Shown piece by piece: positions 1 to 9,827 of a stretch of 64,000 bases of DNA; position 1 is the first letter of the stretch; each line of letters starts with the position of its first letter. The stretch covers positions 10,672-74,671 of the forward strand of contig CAZAXH010000007.1 of assembly GCA_964489065.1 (NCBI GenBank), read 5' to 3'. Below the pieces are notes generated by a model, which saw only the letters and a program-made list of their open reading frames with translations, did no database searches and was not told where the DNA came from. Source of the DNA: an uncultured Planctomycetales bacterium. Its GTDB lineage: Bacteria > Omnitrophota > Gorgyraeia > Zapsychrales > JANLHA01. Position numbers and translations under genes: made by a program.

Positions 1-1045
1 ACCGCACCAAATTCCACCCACCCGTCCGCACTGATCGTCTGCCCGGACGCCGCTCCGCCATTCCCCCATCCGGTCCCCGCGCTCTTACTGATCGTGTTAC
101 CGTCTGCCGTCACGCCCACCAGGTCCACCCACGTCACCTCAACACTCGTGTCCACCTGGGGCGTGGCGGTCGCACTATTGGACACCGCCGATTCACCATA
201 CCCATTGCTCGAAATCACCCGGAACTGGTATTCCGTCCCGTTCGTTAACCCGCTTACCACGGCCCCTGCCACCGCGTCATCGCTGTAAATATTGTCAAAC
301 AAACCACTGCTCACGGTACCGTATTGAACCTCATACCCTGCTATAGACGACCCGTTATCAAACGGCGCGCTCCAATTTAACGTTACTTCCCCGTCCCCGG
401 CTACGGCCGTTAAATCATCCACCGCGTTAGGCGGGCCGAACGTAACCCCGTTCATCTTTGCGTCAGCCACCGTCCCGCCAACCGTGTAAACCGCCGCGTC
501 AGCCATCACTGTCCCGCTGCTGGCCACCGTGCTCGTATAAAATACAACCCCGTTCTTCTTATACACCACCGTGCTTCCCGTCCGTTCCACCCGGAACCGG
601 TCCCCGCTCTGATACGCCCCGAACGATCCTCTGTTCGTCCCGTTCTCAAACGCGTAGACCGCCCCGTTATATAGGTAAACCGCGTAGTCAATGCTCGTGT
701 AATGCGCATCCGGGTTACTGTCGGACAGCCCGCACATCCGGTATGTATTCGTTTCCACCGCACCAAATTCCACCCACCCGTCCCCGCTGATAGTCTGCCC
801 GGACGCCGCGCCGCCATTACCCCATCCGGTCCCCGCGCTCTTACTGATCGTATTGCCATCCACCGTCACCCCGACCAGGTCCACCCACGTCACCCCAACT
901 TCCTGCGCATATATTGCCTTAGTAAACCAAAAGACAATCGAACTATTTATTATTAAAAACAAAAAAAGGATGGGAATCTTGGTTTGAAAAATCTTTTTTA
1001 AATTAGGTTTCTGAAAAACAGATAAAGGCTGGAAAATTTTTTTCA
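1..1045 (-). CDS. Secreted repetitive surface protein with fibronectin type III domain(s), 3' end beyond window (partial)
   Basis: Minus-strand ATG at 1045 with an N-terminal hydrophobic signal-like segment. Translation is open to the window edge. An FN3-like block is present (LNWSAPFDNGSSIAGYEVQYG...TNGTEYQFRV). A large protein repeat (VTWVDLVGVT.DGNTISKSAGTGWGNGGAASGQTIS) appears twice, matching a DNA repeat at 1-140 and 760-900. It is absent from the ORF track because no stop lies in the window. Confidence 0.6.
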
Positions 1046-1526
1046 TGATTTTTAAATTATGGGTGGTGTAGGATTAAAATTAAATTTATATAAATCGACT
1101 TTCTGCACCGGGCAGACAGAAGGTCGCTTTATATAGGAATTATTTGGTGGGCTCATATACCTTTAAAATTTTCGCACAATTGTTCTACTTGATATCTAGG
1201 CTGCGAACACAGCAAGGGCGCGCAAAATTTTTATAGAAATCCCTGACGTTTTCAAAATTACAATTTTGAAGTTTAAAACTAGGGTATGTTTGGAGTCTTC
1301 TCATAACTCCTTTGGGGAAATTGGGGAACTACAATTTTTATACTAATCTCCCTTTTTTCTTTTGTCAAGCAGGAAAAATAATTCGCAATTTCAAAATACT
1401 ATTTTCCCCCATAAAACCCTTGCTTTAAGGCGGCGGGGGATTTATCATACAACCGGCGGTCGGTTATCTGACAAGCGCCCGCGGCATGGGCGCCCGCCGG
1501 AACATGAAAATCCCATAAGCCTGAAC
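1046..1526. promoter_or_regulatory. AT-rich divergent intergenic region (about 480 nt) between the surface-protein gene and the B12-radical SAM gene; presumed divergent promoters
   Basis: Strong AT enrichment relative to flanks. No convincing ORF. Divergently oriented flanking genes. Confidence 0.35.
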
Positions 1527-2978
1527 ATGAAAATCGCCATATTCAATCCGTCATTCGGGAAAAATTTCGTCCGAGTGGCCCGCTGGGCCGCCAAGTCCCG
1601 GGGCCGCGTCCAGCGCCACCCGGAATACCTGCTCATCGCCGCCCAGGTCCTGATCGACGCCGGCCATGACGTGCGGTTCATTGAAGCCGCGGCCCGCAAT
1701 TTCACTCCGGAAGAATCTTATGCCATCCTCCGGAAGTTCAAGCCGGACCTTCTGGTTATCCACGCCACCACCCCGTCGATCTATAACGATATCGAACAGG
1801 CCCGGGCCGTTAAGGAACAGACCGGCTGCCGCACGGCTTTCGTCGGCCAGCACGTCACCGCCGAGCCGGACAACACCTTTGAAATCGGCGCCGGCGCAGT
1901 GGATTATATTTTAAAAGGCGAATACGATGAGACGCTGCGCGACCTGGCCGCCGGGATACCCGTTGCCGATATCGCCGGGCTGACCTGGCAACAGGCCGGG
2001 CGGGCCGTCCATAATCCGGACCGGCGGCCCCTGGACGTCAACGCCCTCCCTTTCCCGGCCTGGCAGCTCATTAAACCGGAATGGTACCCGGACGCCGGGA
2101 AAAAATTCCCGTTCCTCACGCTCATAAGCGGCCGGGGCTGTAACAACGCCTGCACCTTCTGCCGCGACCCGCAGCTCATGTACGGCTACCGCCTGCGCAT
2201 GCGCTCCGCGGAAAAAGTGGTGGACGAGATGGAATACGACCTATCCGTCCACCCGCAGATCCGGGAAATCATGTTTGAAACCGACACCTTCGCCGCCAGC
2301 CGCGAGCACGCCGAGGAGGTCTGCCGCGAAATCCTCCGGCGGGGACTGCATAAAAAAATATGCTGGTCCTGCAACATGCGCATCAACACGCCGCTGGACC
2401 TCCTGCCGCTCATGAAATCCGCGGGCTGCCGCATGCTGATGGTGGGGTTTGAATTCGGGTATGACGAGGCGTTCCGCGCGGTCAGGAAAGGCGGGGTGAA
2501 CGTGGCCATGGCCCGGCAGTTCGCCCAACGGGCCCATGAGCTGGGCTTCATTATCCACGGCTGTTTCATGATCGGCGCGCCCGGCGAAACCCGCTCCTCC
2601 GCCCAGGAAACCCTTGACATGGCCAAGTCCCTGCCCCTGGACACGGTCCAGATCACTGGCATCGCGACGTATCCGGGCACCGCCATGTATCAATGGGCCA
2701 AAGAAAACGGCTACCTGATCGCCCAAGACTGGCGCGAGTGGCTGACCGCGGAAAACGAACAGCGCACCCTTGTATCTTATCCCCAGCTTTCCAACAAAGA
2801 CATCGACGCGTTTATCGATAAAGGCTTAAAACAGTTCTACCTCCGCCCTGGCCAGATATGGCGCATGCTCATCTCCATCCGCAGCGCCGGCGACCTCTGG
2901 CGGAAGCTTTACGGTTTCGGGGCCTTCCTCAATTACTTCTTTAATAAAATTCGTTCCCGCCCGTCCGGCGCGCGCTGA
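1527..2978 (+). CDS. B12-binding domain / radical SAM protein
   Basis: N-terminal cobalamin-binding-like Rossmann segment (MKIAIFNPS...LLVIHATTPS). Radical SAM CxxxCxxC motif (GCNNACTFC). The start was moved from the track ORF (1362) to the internal ATG at 1527, which fits the conserved N-terminus. Confidence 0.8.
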   Translation: MKIAIFNPSFGKNFVRVARWAAKSRGRVQRHPEYLLIAAQVLIDAGHDVRFIEAAARNFTPEESYAILRKFKPDLLVIHATTPSIYNDIEQARAVKEQTGCRTAFVGQHVTAEPDNTFEIGAGAVDYILKGEYDETLRDLAAGIPVADIAGLTWQQAGRAVHNPDRRPLDVNALPFPAWQLIKPEWYPDAGKKFPFLTLISGRGCNNACTFCRDPQLMYGYRLRMRSAEKVVDEMEYDLSVHPQIREIMFETDTFAASREHAEEVCREILRRGLHKKICWSCNMRINTPLDLLPLMKSAGCRMLMVGFEFGYDEAFRAVRKGGVNVAMARQFAQRAHELGFIIHGCFMIGAPGETRSSAQETLDMAKSLPLDTVQITGIATYPGTAMYQWAKENGYLIAQDWREWLTAENEQRTLVSYPQLSNKDIDAFIDKGLKQFYLRPGQIWRMLISIRSAGDLWRKLYGFGAFLNYFFNKIRSRPSGAR

Positions 2979-3079
2979 ATCTCCCCCCGAATCCGCAATA
3001 TTCATTTGACAGCGCCCGGTCTATCTGTTAAATTTAGGCAGGTCAAAATTTTTTCATCATTATTTCAGGAGGGTTTCTC

Positions 3080-3358
3080 ATGCCACATGTTGTCTGTGAA
3101 CCGTGTATTAAATGCAAATACACGCAATGCGTCGCGGTCTGCCCGGTGGAGAGTTTCAGGGAAGACGAAGAGATGGTCGTGATTGATCCGGACGTCTGCA
3201 TCGACTGCGGCGCCTGCATGCCGGAATGCCCGGTGCAAGCCATTTATCCCGCGGAAGAGGTGCCGAAAAAGTGGCAAAGTTTTATTCAGCTCAACGCTGA
3301 TAAAGCACCCAACCTGCCGCCCATTAACGAGCATAAAACGCCTCTCGCCGAACAATAA
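3080..3358 (+). CDS. fdxA: 7Fe ferredoxin (Azotobacter FdxA type)
   Basis: Two cysteine clusters (CIKCKYTQCVAVCP and CIDCGACMPECP) with near-identity of spacing and flanks to classical 7Fe ferredoxins. An AGGAGG ribosome-binding site lies 6 nt upstream. Confidence 0.85.
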   Translation: MPHVVCEPCIKCKYTQCVAVCPVESFREDEEMVVIDPDVCIDCGACMPECPVQAIYPAEEVPKKWQSFIQLNADKAPNLPPINEHKTPLAEQ

Positions 3359-3385
3359 GCCGCGTCCGGCCCGATCAGCCTTTTA

Positions 3386-3422
3386 TCCCCCGATTCCCTT
3401 AAAGGGAACGGGGGATTTTTTT
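3386..3422 (+). terminator. Rho-independent terminator downstream of fdxA (possibly bidirectional)
   Basis: GC-rich hairpin CCCCCGATTCCC-TTAAA-GGGAACGGGGG followed by TTTTTTT. Confidence 0.6.
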
Positions 3423-3825
3423 AACGCGGCTTCCCGCCGTTAAAAACCCATTCATAATTAAAATTCTTAAGCGGCCGGTATTGTTCCGCACGCACCACCT
3501 TCCCGGTTTTTTTGTCAATAACGACAAGATAGCGCCAGAAATGGTCATCAAAGGCGACCGGATAAAAGGACACAAAAAAATAGTCCGGATACGGCTCCAC
3601 CAGGCGGTCACTTAAAATGCCGGCTTTATTAATGTGAAACCGCTTCGGGCTCTTGGAGTTTAAAAGCGCGTGGCGGGCAATCGCACCGGCTTCCTTTTCA
3701 TCAACGCCGTCCGTCCTGTTCACTCCCGCATAGTCTTTATTCACTTTGGCGGCTACGGAACACCCCGTTAAAAACACGGCGGCCGCTATCAGACAGGATA
3801 CTGTTTTTAAAGACCTCATGGACAA
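3421..3825 (-). CDS. Lipoprotein, function unknown
   Basis: Signal peptide with lipobox (FLTGC). No recognisable catalytic motif. Confidence 0.5.
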   Translation of the reverse strand: MSMRSLKTVSCLIAAAVFLTGCSVAAKVNKDYAGVNRTDGVDEKEAGAIARHALLNSKSPKRFHINKAGILSDRLVEPYPDYFFVSFYPVAFDDHFWRYLVVIDKKTGKVVRAEQYRPLKNFNYEWVFNGGKPR

Positions 3826-3982
3826 ATTCCTTTCTTACCGGGTTCAACCGTCTTATGCCGCGCGACTGTTTCTTCATTCTACACGTTGATCCGGGGCGTG
3901 TCCAAATGTCTCGACAAAAAAACCGGCCGCTCTAAAAAACCGTCCTGGGAAGGGCCGCCGGATAATACCCATGAAAAAAAAT

Positions 3983-4834
3983 CTACCGATGACTGAGCTG
4001 TTTGCGGGCGCGGGCCTTATCAACGCGCTGGATAATCGTCTCCACCACTCGGCCGGCCCGGCCGTTTTCTTTTTCCGCGATGTCCTTGAGGGCGGCCAGA
4101 ATCTCCTCATCACCGGCGGCATTTAAAGTCAGACTAAACAAGGATTCCCGAGCGGTCAACCCGCTGACCCATTCATCATATTCCCGGCTACCGGCTGTCG
4201 GGTGCTGCTGGGCTAAAAGCTGCAGCCTCTCTTTGTAATCATCATCCATGGCCTTAAAATACTTCAGCGCCTTGGTAATTTTGCGGATATACACCCTGTC
4301 ACCGGTCGCGAAAAAACTCGCCCAAAGCACATCTAACGTGTGCCAGTGCTCCGCCTCCATATCCGGATACGGGTAACTCTGCATGGCGTCATATTCATCC
4401 AGGTCGGACGGGGAAAGGCCAAAGACGTCGGCGATAAGCTTCAGGGCTTCCCTTCTGTTTTTGGTGGCGCCGTAGGCGATCGCTTCCGTGCCGAAAGCGG
4501 CCTGGAGTCCGCGGCTCTCCAAAGCCAGGCGCCTGGCGAACGGGAACACTTCGTCCGGGGAGTCATGCAAGATATGAACATAAAAGGCCATTAAGACCGC
4601 GCGGGCGTGGGGCCGGGCACTCTCCTCGGCCAGGCGTTCAAAGCGGCTGAGGTCAACCCGGAAAAAGAAATCCAGCGCTCCTTTCGGGTCTGGATTATTA
4701 TGGTAATTCTGAATGTAGTGGCTTAACGAGGGATCAAACGGAAACAGCTGAAATTGTTCCGCGACAGCCGGTGCCGCCTGAAGGGACACCCACACAATCA
4801 TAAAACAGCATATACGTATGACTTTCTTTTTCAT
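3983..4834 (-). CDS. Secreted hypothetical protein
   Basis: N-terminal signal peptide (MKKKVIRICCFMIVWVSLQAAPAVA). Coding-like composition. Possible hairpin plus T-run terminator at about 3917-3962 on the minus strand. Confidence 0.5.
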   Translation of the reverse strand: MKKKVIRICCFMIVWVSLQAAPAVAEQFQLFPFDPSLSHYIQNYHNNPDPKGALDFFFRVDLSRFERLAEESARPHARAVLMAFYVHILHDSPDEVFPFARRLALESRGLQAAFGTEAIAYGATKNRREALKLIADVFGLSPSDLDEYDAMQSYPYPDMEAEHWHTLDVLWASFFATGDRVYIRKITKALKYFKAMDDDYKERLQLLAQQHPTAGSREYDEWVSGLTARESLFSLTLNAAGDEEILAALKDIAEKENGRAGRVVETIIQRVDKARARKQLSHR

Positions 4835-4975
4835 GCCGGGGAGCTCATCGTCTAATCATGATACCTGACCGCCAAAAATATATTTACGGTACCTCTATTA
4901 TAAGCCTCATCCGGCTGATGGGCAATAAATATATATTGAAGCCTCCGGCGCAATGGAGCCGGATAATCTTTAGAA

Positions 4976-7399
4976 TCAATACCCCGAATCCAGGACCGCG
5001 GCCTTCTCGACCAGGCGGATAAATTCCTGCCGGTACCCCCAGGCATCCGCTTCTAACGAGGCTTTAGCGCGCTGAAGCACGTCCAGATAAGAGGACTGCC
5101 CTTTAAAAGCGGAATCCTTAAGCAGCAGGCCAAACTCGACCACAGCGGCCCCGAAACGGAAATTGTCCGACACCTCTTCCGGCTCCCCGGCCTGTGAGGC
5201 CGGCACCGCCCGGGTGATCAGCCGGCTTGTGTCGTGCTGAAGTTCCTTATACCGCAATTTAACCGTCATCAGATCTCCGCTGTCCCGCACAACGGTTTCC
5301 ATGTACCGCAGGGGATCGGTTTTGCGGTGATCTTCCGGAGAGCCGGCCGGGACGATTTCATAAAACGCGGTCACGGTGTGGCCCGCGCCCAGTTCGCCGG
5401 CGTCCTTGGTGTCGTCATTAAAATCCTCCTTGGCCAGCGCGCGGTTCTCATATCCGATCAGGCGGTACGCCTGGACCGTCGAAGGGTTGAACTCCACCTG
5501 GATTTTCACGTCTTTGGCAACGGGAAACAACACCGATCCCAGTTCCGAAACCAGCACTTTCCGGGCCTCCTGAAGCGTATCGATGTAATAATAATTGCCG
5601 TTGCCTTTATCGGCGAGCTTCTCCATTTTGGAATCCTTGTAATTCCCGGTGCCAAAGCCCAGCACGGTCAGGAATATCCCTTCCCCGCGCTTCTCTTCAA
5701 TGAGACGGGTCAGATCGCCGTCGCTGCTGACCCCAACGTTAAAATCGCCGTCCGTCGCCAAGATCACCCGGTTATTGCCCTGGGGAATAAAGTTCTGCCG
5801 GGCGATGCGGTAGGCCAGATGAATGCCCTGTTCCCCGGCCGTGGACCCACCGGCTTCCAGCCGGTCAATCGCCTGGAGAATCCGTTCTTTTTCATACCCC
5901 GGCGTGGAATCGAGCATCAGCCCGGCGTGGCCCGCGTACGTCACGATGGAAATGCGTTCCTCCGGCCGCAGGCGCTCCACCATCATCTGAAGGGCGGACT
6001 TCAAAAGCGGAAGTTTTTCCGGCCGGTTCATCGACCCGGAAACATCAACCAGAAACACCAGGTTGCTCGCCGGCATCTCCTCTCCCGACAGCTCCCTGGC
6101 CTTCATCCCGATCAGCGCCAGTTGATGCGCGGGGTTCCAAGGGCAGGGCGCGGCTTCCGTGACAAGGGAAAACGGTTCGTCCCCGTCCGGCTGCGGGTAA
6201 TCATACACGAAATAGTTCACCATCTCTTCAACGCGCACCGCATCTTTCGGCGGCATCTGCCCGGCGTTCAGGTAACGGCGCACGTTCGCGTAAGAAGCGG
6301 TATCCACGTCAATGGAAAACGTGGAAAGAGGATTGTCCAGCACCGCCAGAAACTCGTTTTCATACATGCGGTCATACTCCTCGGTGTTCTCCTCCTCAAT
6401 CCTGCCGTAATAAGGATAACCCGCTTCCGTGTCCTTGGGCGGCTCAACAATCATAAACCCCGGACGCATGGGTACCAGCCCCTTGTCCGTATAGTTATAA
6501 ATCTCTCCGGCCCGCCCGTTGGCAGTGTCCCACCGTAAGGCAGGTGTCACGGACATGGACGCCGCCGGGGAAGTCATGGTGAGCGCCCCCGTTTCCACAG
6601 TCCTCTTCCCGAGACTGCCGTACGCCTTCCCCTCCACCCCGTACAGGGCAGAGGATTCCGTCTTGGAGGCCAAGCCCCCATAAAATACCGGACGAGACTT
6701 CTGGTCGCCGAGTTCACTGTTTTTCCTGACCGGGACCTCATTCCGCGTAATGCTCTCAGAAGAAATGTCCTCCCGCGCGGGCTGGCCTTTAAATAAAAAC
6801 CCATCGCCAGACACCTCTCCTCCCAAAACAGGGCCAGACACGGCATCCATCACCGCTTTCCGCTTTTCACCCGGCTCAAGAGGTGCGGAAGCTAACCGGT
6901 TCTGGCTGGATGGAACTTCCAAAAGGGGCACGGCCAACTTCGCCTTTTCCCGCAGGGCAGAGCCCTCCTCCATTTTTCCGCGTGCGGCATTCACGGGCGG
7001 CATAGCAACCCGAGGGACACTCTCCTCGTGGGCGTCCCGCAGAGCCGTCTGCACGTTCCGCTTCATGTACACCCGCAGGAAAACTGTAAGAACCAGCATA
7101 CAAATAATCAGCGTACTCATCGCACTGTAAGGGAAATAATGTTCAAATCTACGCATACCTTGCCCCTCCCGGCTTTTGACAGCCTTGATCTGGTTGACAA
7201 TATTCTGTTCTTGATCAGGAGAGAAAGGTTCGGAATTTAAATTTTTGAGCGATGAGGAAATCTTGCGGATGTCCCGGTAAAAACGCTGGCATTCTTCGCA
7301 ATCCACCAGGTGATCTTCAACGGTCCGGCGTTCGGTTTCCGGTAATTCCTCATCGACGTAAGCGGAAATCAGCACGCGCATATTTTCATGGTCAGTCAT
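4976..7399 (-). CDS. Anti-sigma factor (zinc-finger ZAS N-domain, one TM helix) with periplasmic von Willebrand factor A domain
   Basis: N-terminal HxxxCxxC anti-sigma motif (EDHLVDCEECQRF). A TM segment. C-terminal vWA with a MIDAS-like DxSxS (FLVDVSGSM...ATDGDFN). It overlaps the upstream ECF sigma gene by 8 nt. Confidence 0.7.
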   Translation of the reverse strand: MTDHENMRVLISAYVDEELPETERRTVEDHLVDCEECQRFYRDIRKISSSLKNLNSEPFSPDQEQNIVNQIKAVKSREGQGMRRFEHYFPYSAMSTLIICMLVLTVFLRVYMKRNVQTALRDAHEESVPRVAMPPVNAARGKMEEGSALREKAKLAVPLLEVPSSQNRLASAPLEPGEKRKAVMDAVSGPVLGGEVSGDGFLFKGQPAREDISSESITRNEVPVRKNSELGDQKSRPVFYGGLASKTESSALYGVEGKAYGSLGKRTVETGALTMTSPAASMSVTPALRWDTANGRAGEIYNYTDKGLVPMRPGFMIVEPPKDTEAGYPYYGRIEEENTEEYDRMYENEFLAVLDNPLSTFSIDVDTASYANVRRYLNAGQMPPKDAVRVEEMVNYFVYDYPQPDGDEPFSLVTEAAPCPWNPAHQLALIGMKARELSGEEMPASNLVFLVDVSGSMNRPEKLPLLKSALQMMVERLRPEERISIVTYAGHAGLMLDSTPGYEKERILQAIDRLEAGGSTAGEQGIHLAYRIARQNFIPQGNNRVILATDGDFNVGVSSDGDLTRLIEEKRGEGIFLTVLGFGTGNYKDSKMEKLADKGNGNYYYIDTLQEARKVLVSELGSVLFPVAKDVKIQVEFNPSTVQAYRLIGYENRALAKEDFNDDTKDAGELGAGHTVTAFYEIVPAGSPEDHRKTDPLRYMETVVRDSGDLMTVKLRYKELQHDTSRLITRAVPASQAGEPEEVSDNFRFGAAVVEFGLLLKDSAFKGQSSYLDVLQRAKASLEADAWGYRQEFIRLVEKAAVLDSGY

Positions 7400-7973
7400 C
7401 TTGCCCCTCCATTAATATGGATGGTAAATCTTGTCGCAGCCGCACCCTCGCCCGGTAAATGAGTATTTTCACATTCTCCAGCGAGCAGCCCATAATCGCG
7501 GCGATATCGTCATATTTAAAACTATGATATTCCCGAAGGATCAGGGCCTCTTTCTGGTCGTCCGGCAATTTTTCAACCGCCTCCTGCAGCACAACCGCGG
7601 TTTCCCGGCCTATCAAATGCTCCGGCGGCAGCGGGCCGGAATCAGGCACGGGAATTTCTTCATAACCGTCACTCTGATCATGGGACACCCATAGAGAGGA
7701 AAACCGGTTACGGACGCGGGCCCGGGAAATGCTAGTATTGCGGGCGATGGTGAAAAGCCAGGTCGAGAATCTGGCCCGGGGCTTGTAGCTGTGCTTATGG
7801 GTGTATAATTTCATAAAGACTTCCGCCACAACATCCTCCGCATCCGCCCGGTTACGCAGCAGGCGCATGACAAAATTAAACACCGGGGTCTTATACTTTC
7901 GAAACAGCTCTTCAAAAGCGTCCTCATGACCGTTTTGAAATTCCAAAATCAGTTCTTCGTCAACGCGCTTCAT
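7392..7973 (-). CDS. ECF (sigma-70 family) RNA polymerase sigma factor
   Basis: Region 2 (FEELFRKYKTPVFNFVMRLL...AEDVVAEVFMKLY) and region 4 HTH (DDIAAIMGCSLENVKILIYRARVRLRQ). Translationally coupled to the anti-sigma gene. Confidence 0.85.
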   Translation of the reverse strand: MKRVDEELILEFQNGHEDAFEELFRKYKTPVFNFVMRLLRNRADAEDVVAEVFMKLYTHKHSYKPRARFSTWLFTIARNTSISRARVRNRFSSLWVSHDQSDGYEEIPVPDSGPLPPEHLIGRETAVVLQEAVEKLPDDQKEALILREYHSFKYDDIAAIMGCSLENVKILIYRARVRLRQDLPSILMEGQDD

Positions 7974-8461
7974 ATCCTCTTGTCCGCTCTCTCCTATTGG
8001 TTAAACCCCGGCCTTATGAAAAAGTTACACAAAATTTTTCCCGCGCGAAAACAGCGCAACCCCTTTACCGGGCACGGTACAATCGTTTCGGCCTGAAGGA
8101 CGGTGGGTATCATTGATTTTAAAATAGGGTTAATCTTGAGGACAATAAAAACAGGAATTTCCCCATCAGAAATGGAAGAATCCGCTGAAAAGCACAATGT
8201 AAGAGAAAAGATTTCTAAAGCCGCCCGCGTGAACAATCCCCAAGCAGACGGCAAAGACTTAACGGCTGCCCATATAAACCCAGAACCCAGCCAGCAACAA
8301 AACGGCTATGCCTCCGAAAATAAGGGCTTTCTTTAAAAGTGGAGTCGCATCCTTCATAAAAATCCTTTGGGGTAAAATTTAATTCTTTTATTGAATATAA
8401 CAATTTCCCCGTCATTAATCTACCTTTAAAATAAATTTCTGCGCCCCGCAGACAGACCCGG

Positions 8462-8989
8462 TTAAGGCCGGCTGCGGCTAAACAGTCCCATGAGTTCTGC
8501 CTCCGCCAGAACATGCCCTTTCATGGCCTTTACGACGTCGGCCTTGGCCCATTTTGACGACGGGGTTAAAGACGTGTCTAGGGCGTACACTTTAAAAAAA
8601 TACCGGTGCGTTCCGATGGGCGGGCACGGGCCGCCGTAATCAATTTTCCCGAAACTATTCAAGGCCTGCTGTCCGGGAACGGAATTTTCCCCGACGATCT
8701 CAACCGGAGGAATATTATAGACCACCCAATGGACCCACGTCCCCATGGGCGCATCCGGGTCATCCATGATCAAAACCAGGGTTTTGGTCCCTTCCGGGAT
8801 CCCCCGGATCGACAAAGGCGGATTGATATCCTCTCCGGAACACGTATACTTGACGGGAATTTTTCCGTTGAGAGAAAACGCCGGGCTCGTCACCTGAAAT
8901 ACAGAAGCGGTTATCCCGGGTTTAACGTTTATCCCCAGCCCCCACAGCATGAAAATACCGGTCCACACAAACGCCTGATTTATTCTCAT
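8462..8989 (-). CDS. PEBP (YbhB/YbcL, Raf kinase inhibitor-like) family protein
   Basis: Conserved DPDAP...HW and GxHRY motifs (IMDDPDAPMGTWVHWVV, PIGTHRYFF). The start was set at the internal ATG with an AGGAGG ribosome-binding site (MRINQ...). Confidence 0.75.
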   Translation of the reverse strand: MRINQAFVWTGIFMLWGLGINVKPGITASVFQVTSPAFSLNGKIPVKYTCSGEDINPPLSIRGIPEGTKTLVLIMDDPDAPMGTWVHWVVYNIPPVEIVGENSVPGQQALNSFGKIDYGGPCPPIGTHRYFFKVYALDTSLTPSSKWAKADVVKAMKGHVLAEAELMGLFSRSRP

Positions 8990-9062
8990 AAGATCCTCCT
9001 GTGTTATTATCACCCAATGACTCCTGCCCCTCCCGGCGGCCGTTCCAAAAGCAGAGAAAGGG

Positions 9063-9827
9063 TCAGAGACTCAAAACAATGCCCACCGGGCAATGGTCAG
9101 AGCCCAAAACGTCCTTCAGGATAAAGGCGTCTTGCAGGCGCGGGAGCAGATCAGGCGTCATAAAAAAATAATCGATCCGCCAGCCCACATCCCGTTCCCT
9201 GGCTTTTGTTTTATAATCCCACCAGGAATAATGGCCCGGGCCTTTATGAAAATGCCGGAACGTATCAATATACCCCAGGTCCAGAAAACGCGTGAGCCAG
9301 GCGCGTTCCTCAGGCAGGAACCCGGTGTTTTTTTCGTTCTCCTTGGGCCGGGCCAGGTCGATTTCAGTGTGGGCAGTATTAATGTCCCCGCAGACAACAA
9401 CCGGTTTCCCGGCTCTCCGGAGCTTCTCCAGTTTCTTCAGCAGACAATCATAAAAGGCCATTTTAAAAGGCACCCGTTTATTACCGCTGCCGCCGTTAGG
9501 TACATACAGGTTAAACAGGATAAATTCGCTGAACGTGCAAATCAGCACCCGGCCTTCCGCGTCAAATTCATCGACTCCCAGTCCTTCCTCAACCTTCAAA
9601 GGCCGGGTTTGGGCGTACACCGCCACCCCGCTGTACCCTTTCCGCTCTGCCGACGACCAAAAAGAATGGTATCCTTCCGGCGCCGTAATCGCCGAAGACA
9701 GCTGATCCGGCTGCGCCTTGGTTTCCTGCAGGCACAAAACATCCGGAGAGGCCTGCTGCAGCCAATCCAAAAACCCTTTTTTCTCAAACGCCCTGATCCC
9801 GTTGACGTTCCAGCTGAGCAATTTCAT
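9063..9827 (-). CDS. xthA: Exodeoxyribonuclease III (AP endonuclease)
   Basis: MKLLSWNVNGIRA...LCLQETK N-terminus and a C-terminal SDHCPV motif typical of the ExoIII/APE1 family. Confidence 0.9.
   Translation of the reverse strand: MKLLSWNVNGIRAFEKKGFLDWLQQASPDVLCLQETKAQPDQLSSAITAPEGYHSFWSSAERKGYSGVAVYAQTRPLKVEEGLGVDEFDAEGRVLICTFSEFILFNLYVPNGGSGNKRVPFKMAFYDCLLKKLEKLRRAGKPVVVCGDINTAHTEIDLARPKENEKNTGFLPEERAWLTRFLDLGYIDTFRHFHKGPGHYSWWDYKTKARERDVGWRIDYFFMTPDLLPRLQDAFILKDVLGSDHCPVGIVLSL

Noticed and set aside
1098-1121. Motif TTTCTGCRCCSGSCAGACAGA shared between 1098-1121 and 8436-8459
   Set aside because: Only two instances, about 20 nt long. At 8436 it behaves as a short GC hairpin plus T-run terminator for the PEBP gene. 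The similarity is probably coincidental.
5234-6538. 434-aa plus-strand ORF inside the anti-sigma/vWA gene
   Set aside because: It is antisense to a gene with clear domain evidence. The product is Arg/Pro/Gly/His-rich with no motif, which is the typical spurious open frame in GC-rich antisense.
8103-8336. 77-aa GTG-initiated ORF in the gap between the ECF sigma gene and the PEBP gene
   Set aside because: Poor ribosome-binding-site spacing, hydrophilic low-complexity product, no motif. It is possibly real but unsupported.
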